From Alloascoidea hylecoeti (taxonomy: Eukaryota): DNA of 64,000 nt. The number at the start of each line of letters is the position of its first letter. Within the stretch, counting starts at the first letter, position 1. The position numbers and the translations under genes were made by a program. The notes beneath the pieces were generated by a model. The model worked only from the letters and a program-made list of their open reading frames with translations. It was not told where the DNA came from and ran no database searches. This document shows, one piece after another, positions 56,525-64,000 of the stretch. The stretch lies in the NCBI GenBank assembly GCA_001600815.1, contig BCKZ01000012.1, forward strand, positions 609,546-673,545, given 5' to 3'.

Positions 56525-58963
56525 CTAGTTTGATGATGGTGCTTGACATATCAAAAGATCAAACCCATCATGTAAACTTGTTTCAAGCATGGTGTGAACA
56601 ATCTCGGAGAACGCTGGGCCTTCTAAAGGTCTAACCTCTGATGCATTTTCATTAATTTGTTGTTTTTCAATCGTATTACCAATAATGAACATGGATTTAA
56701 GATAATCAACTGAATCTAAAGATTCTTTATATTCATTAAGAATAGTAGTTGCAAAATCATCCTTTCCATCTTGATCAATTTCAATAATAGATAATCCAGG
56801 ACCAAGTTTAATTAAGTTTAATAATTCTTTATTTCCATTATTAATATAAATATTAAGTTTAGTATCTTTTGAATTTGTTGCCATTTTTAAAAAAATATGA
56901 AATGCTAATAAATCATTTTTTCCAATAATTTCATTTGGAATTACCAGGTTTAAACATCTTTTACTATTTTCTAAAGGTTCTCCTTTTAATCTATTATTAA
57001 CAAGTAATGCATAATTGCAATTACATTTTCTAAACATTTCTTCAGTAAACAATAATTTATCATTATATTTTGATGAGTTATCTCTATCATCCATATATCC
57101 ATTCAATTGTTCACCAAGTACTGATGAAAGGACTAACTCAGATGGAGTATTAACATAATCTAAAATATTAGATGACTGATCTTTAGATGAAGAAAAAACA
57201 ATATCACTAGTGAAAGGAATCTTGTTTAAGTCACAAAATATTTTAAGTGTTTGTATGACTGAATCTGAAACAATTGCTGGCCTATCAAAATCAGTTGAAG
57301 CTTGAAGTAGGTGTGAAGTTCTTTCAGTAAGTTCTTTAATGTGAACAGCATGAAGTAAAGGGATATAATTCTTAAACACTTGATGGTCAATATAAGCAGA
57401 AGTATCATCTACTTTGATTGCAAATGAATAAGTGAATAGAAGAATGTTAACAAGAGCTTCAATATCATCCAAGGCAACAATAATTTTGTTTAAACGTATA
57501 TTGGTCAAATATTTGAGATTATCAGCAGGAGAATTCACAATAAGATCTTCTGATTCTGTTTCAGAGTTATCATTCTTGGAAGGAAAACGTAATGTCTCTT
57601 CTTTAACAACTGGGGTTCCATCCCAATTTATTTCACCAGCTCTATATTTTAGGACTTTCTCTCTATATGATACAGGATATGTAAGAAGAGTAAGTGGAGT
57701 TGTTAAAAAAGTTGTTACCAATGCCATGACAATAAACATTGAAAAGACTCTCTGACTTATGATTTCAGCTTTCAAGCCAATGGAAAGAACAACAATTTCC
57801 ACAATACCTTTACAAGACATCAAGACGCCAACAGTTAAAGATTCTCTCCAAAATAAGCCATTCATTTTAGCAGCAATAAAGCCACCAAAAATTTTTCCTG
57901 CCATTGCGATACAAATAATAGCAACAATATAACCCCAGTCAATACCGCGGTTTAATAAACTCAAATTGCAACTTAGGCCTGCAAGGGCAAAATACAAGGG
58001 AATAAGGACCACATTAACGAGATCCTCAATCTTTTCAGTTAGTTTAATAACGTAGTTGTTATCTCTTGGAACAATAATACCAACCAGAAAAGCACCAAAA
58101 ATGGGATGAACCCCGATAATATCGGTAAAGAAAGCGGATATGAAAACCAAGAGGACAATAATAAGAATAGCGGAACGAGAAGGACCTTTCTCAAAATCAT
58201 TAATTTTAACTAAGAATTTGCGTAACCCCCATCTTACAGGATATAACATGATACCAAACCAAGCTACTACCAAGAGCAAAATATAAACAGTTTGAACACC
58301 ATTTGCAGAATTAGCCAAAGTGACACTCAAGGCCAAAAGCATCCAACCGACAAGATCATTAGTTATACCAGCAGCGAGTACGACGATACCAATTCTGTCT
58401 TTAATAAGTCTCAACTCGGTCAATATACGGGCCAAAACAGGAAAAGCAGTGATACAAGTAGCGACAGCTATAAACACCATATAAGTGGTAAAGGACGCAG
58501 TTGAAGTGCCATCTTCGTCTACACGAAAGTTTTTGTAAAGGCCAACGGCAATGGCACACCCAAGACCGAACGGAATGGCCATATTTATGAGCCCTACCGA
58601 GATTGCGATTTTTAAATTATTTTTTATGAAGCCAACATCGACTTCTAAGCCGACCATAAACAGAAAGAAGATGAGGCCAAAATTAGCCATGAGGGATAGG
58701 CCTGGGGTGGCCCCGGTTGGGAAGACATTTTCAGTAAAGTGGGGGGCGTGGCCGAGAACGGAGGGGCCCAATAGGATACCTGTTATTACCTCTGCGATCA
58801 CTCTTGGCTGCTTTATTTTGGAAAGGGGGTAGTGGATGATCTGACATAGGACCAGAATAAAGCATGCTTGGAACAGAAACAGAGTGATGGGGTTGGACGA
58901 GGAGTACTCCAGAGGGTTTCTGCCGGCAACGACGCCAGCGACGGAAGAAGTTTCCACTGCCAT
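56525..58963 (-). CDS. KHA1: K+/H+ antiporter Kha1 (CPA2); start ATG 58963
   Basis: GVVAGRNPLEY...PITLFLFQ, IKQPRVIAEVITGILLGPS.LG, ITAFPVLARILTEL, GVHPIFGAFL.G, KIEDLV...IPLYFALAGL, LMSCKGIVEIVVL. Confidence 0.93.
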   Translation of the reverse strand: MAVETSSVAGVVAGRNPLEYSSSNPITLFLFQACFILVLCQIIHYPLSKIKQPRVIAEVITGILLGPSVLGHAPHFTENVFPTGATPGLSLMANFGLIFFLFMVGLEVDVGFIKNNLKIAISVGLINMAIPFGLGCAIAVGLYKNFRVDEDGTSTASFTTYMVFIAVATCITAFPVLARILTELRLIKDRIGIVVLAAGITNDLVGWMLLALSVTLANSANGVQTVYILLLVVAWFGIMLYPVRWGLRKFLVKINDFEKGPSRSAILIIVLLVFISAFFTDIIGVHPIFGAFLVGIIVPRDNNYVIKLTEKIEDLVNVVLIPLYFALAGLSCNLSLLNRGIDWGYIVAIICIAMAGKIFGGFIAAKMNGLFWRESLTVGVLMSCKGIVEIVVLSIGLKAEIISQRVFSMFIVMALVTTFLTTPLTLLTYPVSYREKVLKYRAGEINWDGTPVVKEETLRFPSKNDNSETESEDLIVNSPADNLKYLTNIRLNKIIVALDDIEALVNILLFTYSFAIKVDDTSAYIDHQVFKNYIPLLHAVHIKELTERTSHLLQASTDFDRPAIVSDSVIQTLKIFCDLNKIPFTSDIVFSSSKDQSSNILDYVNTPSELVLSSVLGEQLNGYMDDRDNSSKYNDKLLFTEEMFRKCNCNYALLVNNRLKGEPLENSKRCLNLVIPNEIIGKNDLLAFHIFLKMATNSKDTKLNIYINNGNKELLNLIKLGPGLSIIEIDQDGKDDFATTILNEYKESLDSVDYLKSMFIIGNTIEKQQINENASEVRPLEGPAFSEIVHTMLETSLHDGFDLLICQAPSSN

Positions 58964-59113
58964 TTTCGTTTTTGTATTTGTTTGATAAACGGAGATACGT
59001 AGCTGAAATGAGAGTTTGTAATGGCAAAAGCCTGTTTTATCTCTCTTTCCTGTTTCAGAATTGTGCAGACGAGAATATGCACAATCATCTGCAAATATAG
59101 GATCCAGCAAGGT

Positions 59114-59200
59114 CACGTTATCTCCACACGTGCCAGTTTTGTCCAGAACACAAACACCAAAATAATAATCACGGTCTGAATCTTAATAAACATCCACGTG
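59114..59200. promoter_or_regulatory. E-box cluster (CACGTT, CACGTG x2) in the KHA1 / MFS divergent promoter
   Basis: CACGTT 59114-59119, CACGTG 59127-59132 and 59195-59200: bHLH (Pho4/Cbf1/Tye7-type) motifs. Confidence 0.35.
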
Positions 59201-59544
59201 AACACTTACTCGTTTCTTTGATTTGCCGTGGGAATTACTAATTTCGCCGAAGCCACTGGAAAATTCCTCCGCATCACTCATTGTCTCGGCCAAATTCATA
59301 GCTACATGAGTCTTCGATCCGAGCCAGTTATAATTATCCATATAGATTATTACTACACTTAGATCTCGACCTAACCGATATGGTCTCATGTTAAGCTGGT
59401 CTCCATTTTCCCGTAGCTAGCCCTGCGGAGTGAGGCTTCAGCCTTTCCTACTCTGGTTCATCTCATATAAATAAGTATAAGGCTCCCCAGGTCCTTCCTT
59501 CCCCAGAAGTTACAACACTATTTAACTATAACTTAGAAATATAA

Positions 59545-61020
59545 ATGAAACATTTAACCTTATGGTTTGCACTTTTTGCCAATTTGGGTAGTTTCCTGTT
59601 TGGTTTCGACTCTGGAATCGTTACTACCACAATTGCCCATCAAACTTTCTTAGACTATATGCATACGACTTCAGATTCAGAATTGATTGGCGCTCTCACT
59701 TCAACTTATGCTGCAGGAGAGGCTGTCGGCGCTATTATTGCAATGTGGTGTGTTGATGCTTGGGGAAGAAAAATATCAATTGAAACTGCTTCTGCTGTTG
59801 CAGCTATTGGTGCTGCTATCCAAACAGGTTCTGTAAGTATGGGTATGCTGCTTGCTGGTCGAATAATTACTGGTATTGCTATTGGTATTCTATTAATGGT
59901 TTGCCCTTTATATAACGCTGAAATTTCTACAACCCGTACTAGAGGACTTATTGTTGGTCTATCTGCTCAAATGATTGGTATTGGCTTTATGATTGCTAAT
60001 TGGGTGGGTTATGGTTGTTCCTACGCATCTGGCCAATTTCAATGGAGATTTCCATTGGCAATTCAAATCCCTTTCGGCGTTATTTTGTTTTTCGGAATGT
60101 TTTGGTTACCTGAATCTCCAAGGTGGTTAGCTTTTAAAAATCGCCAGGATGAAGCCTTTGAAGTTTTAAAACTTCTTCATGACCAAGAAACTGAGGAATT
60201 CGTACAAATGGAATTTGTTACAATGAAAGAACAAATTGAATATGAAAAGAAAGTCGAGGTTAAAACTTATAAAGAACTGTTTACAAAATATCGCAAGAGA
60301 GTCAGTATTGGAATTGCAGTCCAAGCTCTAACTCAATTAACCGGCGTTAATGTCGTTAATTATTATCAAACTACGTTATATTCAGGTGTAGGTATCAAAG
60401 GTCATACTGTATTGCTTGTTGCTTCTTTTTATGGTATGGTAGGTCCAGCAATGAACGTTTATACCATCACACAGGTTGATAAATGGGGCCGAGTGAGAAC
60501 ATTATGGCTTGATGCCCTCGGATTGGCATGTTGTCTTGCTATTGTAATGGGAACAACTGCAGGCTATAATCAGACTGGTTCTAAAACAATGTCTGGTGTT
60601 AGTATTGCCTTTATATTTATTTTCTCTATCGTCTATTCTTTGGGATTTAATGCCATCAGTTGGATTTATACAACTGAGATTTTCCCTGTCAATATTCGTG
60701 CTAAAGGTACAGCTATTTCAACTTTTGCTAACTTTGTTACCAACATCGTTTTCAATCAAATCTCTCCAACTGCTTTTGGGCATATCGGATATAAATATTA
60801 TGCCGTATTTATTTGTATTAATGTTATGACAGCTGTTATAATTTATCTATTCTTCCCAGAAACAAAACAAAAGTCTTTGGAAGAGATTGCTGAGATTTTT
60901 GGCGATGCTGTAATTGTCAAAGAATTTGATGAGGTTAAGAAAGAAGCTCATGCACATGAGGATGAAAAGAGCGATATTGAGCAGATTGCAATCGAGAATT
61001 CCCAAACCCACGATCAATAG
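59545..61020 (+). CDS. MFS sugar porter family transporter (substrate unknown)
   Basis: LFGFDSG, D.WGRK, GRIITG.AIG, P.YNAEIS...RG, WRFPLAIQ, LPESPRWL, QLTGVNVVNYY, VDKWGR, EIFP..IRAKG, FPETK.KSLEEI. Confidence 0.92.
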   Translation: MKHLTLWFALFANLGSFLFGFDSGIVTTTIAHQTFLDYMHTTSDSELIGALTSTYAAGEAVGAIIAMWCVDAWGRKISIETASAVAAIGAAIQTGSVSMGMLLAGRIITGIAIGILLMVCPLYNAEISTTRTRGLIVGLSAQMIGIGFMIANWVGYGCSYASGQFQWRFPLAIQIPFGVILFFGMFWLPESPRWLAFKNRQDEAFEVLKLLHDQETEEFVQMEFVTMKEQIEYEKKVEVKTYKELFTKYRKRVSIGIAVQALTQLTGVNVVNYYQTTLYSGVGIKGHTVLLVASFYGMVGPAMNVYTITQVDKWGRVRTLWLDALGLACCLAIVMGTTAGYNQTGSKTMSGVSIAFIFIFSIVYSLGFNAISWIYTTEIFPVNIRAKGTAISTFANFVTNIVFNQISPTAFGHIGYKYYAVFICINVMTAVIIYLFFPETKQKSLEEIAEIFGDAVIVKEFDEVKKEAHAHEDEKSDIEQIAIENSQTHDQ

Positions 61021-61370
61021 CTTAAGCTTCTTTTTGATAGTATTATGAGAATTCTAAATTTCAAACTTTATTATTTCAGCTACAGCTAATTTTATATAAT
61101 TTTTTCTTCCTTGGGTCATTAATGTGGGATAATCTTAAATAGCTGTATAAGCCTAATAGTATTAGCTTTTTTTTAAAAAATATTTGTTAATGAAGTTCAA
61201 TATAACTAATACTAATTAATACTGTCCATTCAGTTGACTTCACGTAGTATTCATTGGAATTATGAATTATGAATATTACTCTACAAAAGCCAGGTTTGAA
61301 TCTATAACATCCAAAAACCCAAAACCTTGGTTATAAACGCTAGATAATTCTATAGACCAAATCCATAGCC

Positions 61371-64000
61371 ATGGATAATCCACAAAAGCCCAGATCATCG
61401 GGTACTTTGGCTAGAATAGCCATGAATTTATATGGAAACGGTACAATTTTAGCACCTTCCGAAACCTCTGGTGGTACAAGTCCACACAAGAAATCACAAA
61501 TGTTAGTAGCAATTATAGAAATATCTATAAACATTTATCTAATTATTTCAATGTTATAGAAATTTTGAACTAGAGTCACTTAAGTTCACGACCTTTTCAG
61601 AAATAAATGCTTGCTGTCCCAATCCTGAAGGTAATCAGGTGGTAGTAGCTGGAAAGGATAGTAAGTAAAATATAATTACCGATTAGTAACACCACTAACC
61701 GTGACAAACAATAGTGCTCCAGATATTGAAAATAAAACCAACTTATATAGCGTACGAACAGGATCTAAGAGCTGGCCAACCTATAACACGATACTCTGGT
61801 CGAACGAGTTCAATAACAGATGTTAAATGGGGGTATCAACGTATGTCTAGTTCTACTTACAATTACAACATTATTTGATCTAACAATACATAGAATATTC
61901 CAAAACAATTGCTGCGGCAAGTACAAACGGTTCAATTCTTGTGTACAATATAGATCGAGCAGATGTAGCATCAAAGGTATCATTTCAACTGACCAACCAT
62001 TCACGGACCGTCAACAGTATTGATTTTAATAAAAAGCAAGGCAATCTTTTGTTATCAGGTAGTCAAGATGGTAGTATGAAGTGTTGGGATCTTCGTACAA
62101 GAAGCTCCAGACCTATATTAACACTACTAGGTAATGCAGATGGTGTTCGTGATGTTAAGTTTAGTCCGTTTGATGCTAAAAAATTGGTTGGAATTTTTGA
62201 AAGCGGAGTAATTCAAAAATGGGATATGGCAGCACCTCAAACTTTTGAAAAAAGATTTAATGCTCATACTGGGTCTGGGTTATCCATAGATTGGCATCCT
62301 GACTATGATTATATTGTTTCTGGTGGTAGAGATAAGCAAATCCAAGTATGGAACATGTCAGCAGCAGATATACGGACTCCTGATTATCAAATAACAACTG
62401 CATCGCCAATATCAAAAGTATGCTGGAGGCCTAATGATTTAAAAAATGGAATAGAAAATTCAGAGATTGCAAATTCATGCTTGAATACAGATTATTCCGT
62501 CAACATTTGGAATTTAAAACGCAGACATATAGTTAAACATGTTATTATGTCACATACGGCTCCTGTAACAGGTATTGCTTTCAACTCTCCAAACACACTT
62601 TTAAGTTGTTCAAAAGATAGAACTATTTTTCAGCATGAAGTTGACTCTTATCCTTTTGTTATAGAAGAACTTCAAACTCATCCTATAGCTTGGGCCTCAA
62701 TAAATCAGCTTTCTTTTGTCTGTCAAGATAGTTTACTGAAACCGCAATCATCATTTCCAACACAGAATATTCCTAGTTCATCAACAACTGCCATTAGTCA
62801 TAGTTTTGTTCCTATGCATCGTTCTACAACTACAGACTTTATTGGTACGACAAGTACAAGTAGTAATAATTTTAATGACTCTTTATATAATTCAGCTGCC
62901 GTTACACCCTCGACATCACCTACAAATATACCTCCCAAATCATTAACAAATGGGCCTTTGTCTTCCAATGCAAACCTTTCATCAATTTCTAATAATCCTT
63001 CTGTTACACCATCTTCTGCTACATCCAATAATACAATCAACTCACAGGAAATCGTAACTGATATACGACGATCATCTACCGCATACCCAATTGCATATTC
63101 TACAAGCTCTAGTTTTCCTAACACACAATCACATAATGCATCTACTATTCCACCACCCAACATTAATACAACTGGGGTTCTAAACCTTTCACTAGCACCT
63201 TCAATATGTCCTGTTACCTTACCAATCAACGGAAATGATAGCTTCATCTATTTGGCAACAAATTATTTGATTGATGTTCCCACCGATATGTCTCTGCTTG
63301 AGGTTTTGGAGTACAATGCTGCTGTTGCGGGTATGGCAGGAAAGTTCAGAGATTGTCAATCATGGCGTATTCTTAAAAAGTCCATTGAATGGGAAGATTC
63401 AAATTCATTTAATTATGATAGCGAGAAAAAGCACCACAATCATCATCACCATTTACGAACTCGTTTTAATAATGTTCATTCTGGGAATCCCACCAAGAAA
63501 ACCAAAGATGGGAAACAAGCCCCAAAGAATGTTTCAATTAAAGTAAAAGATCTACAGTTAGAGGACACAAACATTACTGGAACAAGCGGTGGAGAATACT
63601 TAAACACAAACACAAACGAAGAAAGTGATATTTCTGATTTCGGTAATAATGGTATATCATCAGGATCTATTTCATCATCGTTTAATAGACATTCAAGTTT
63701 TAACTACAAATATCATCGACCAACAGCGTCAAATCTCACAGAGGTCTTGAGCCATAATAGCACTATGGATAGTGAAAGTGATAAAACCCGGGATTTACCC
63801 GACAGCGCTTCAAATAAACCGTCAATTATCATTGATAATAAGACCAGCAACAATAATTTGGATAAACATCGAAGTGAGAATGAAACTTCGATGGATTATG
63901 ATGTTGCCGTTCAAGGACCTATACCGATTAAGGGTGGAAACCGATCGAGTATTAGAGGAGGGTCCTCCTTATTCGGTAGTGTTGGAGCACTTGCTAATTC
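61371..64000 (+). CDS. RTC1: SEA/GATOR2 WD40 subunit Rtc1/Sea2 (WDR24), partial; exons 61371-61501, 61560-61660, 61715-61840, 61894->64000
   Basis: Spliced ITDVKWG...IAAASTNG...HSRTVNSIDF...LLSGSQDGSMKCWDLR...NADGVRDVKFSP...FESGVIQKWD...NAHTG.GLSIDWHP...SGGRDKQIQVW, and later YNAAVA..AGK.RDCQSW. Runs off the window end. Confidence 0.88.

Noticed and set aside
58964..59116. N-terminal extensions from GTG/TTG starts in the ORF track (KHA1; likewise TSC13, RIB7, Myb gene)
   Set aside because: Eukaryotic genes; family similarity or the first in-frame ATG begins downstream.
62798..63546. ORFs 62798..63247(-) and 63271..63546(+), and similar short antisense or alternate-frame ORFs throughout
   Set aside because: Shadows of longer conserved genes (here RTC1 exon 4); no independent motifs.

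Overview
AT-rich nuclear chromosome segment of an intron-rich budding yeast (Saccharomycotina). It uses the standard CUG=Leu code and retains U2AF35, so it is probably an early-diverging lineage (inference). About 33 protein genes are present. I rebuilt 13 as spliced genes from 25 short GT-AG introns (52-109 nt); GIM5, COX14 and most of RTC1 are absent from the ORF track. Three to four blocks keep S. cerevisiae gene neighbourhoods: GIM5/RAD10/UTP14/PRE8/RPM2, COX14/RSC9, MRPL25/PRP38/SMD1 and RPB5/RIB7/APD1. The most notable non-core items are a young 265-bp TA-flanked MITE with ~105-bp near-perfect TIRs next to a truncated, frameshifted transposase-like ORF (54468-55798) and a second, older TA-flanked MITE-like element (713-1039). 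Others are an intact GT15 (Kre2/Ktr) gene that has lost essentially all catalytic motifs, an ERp38-type PDI lacking its second CXXC, an orphan gene with a GC-rich structured leader between RIB7 and APD1, and an 8.6-kb gene-poor region. No tRNA, rRNA or CRISPR features were recognised. Gene identities come from recalled motifs, not database searches.
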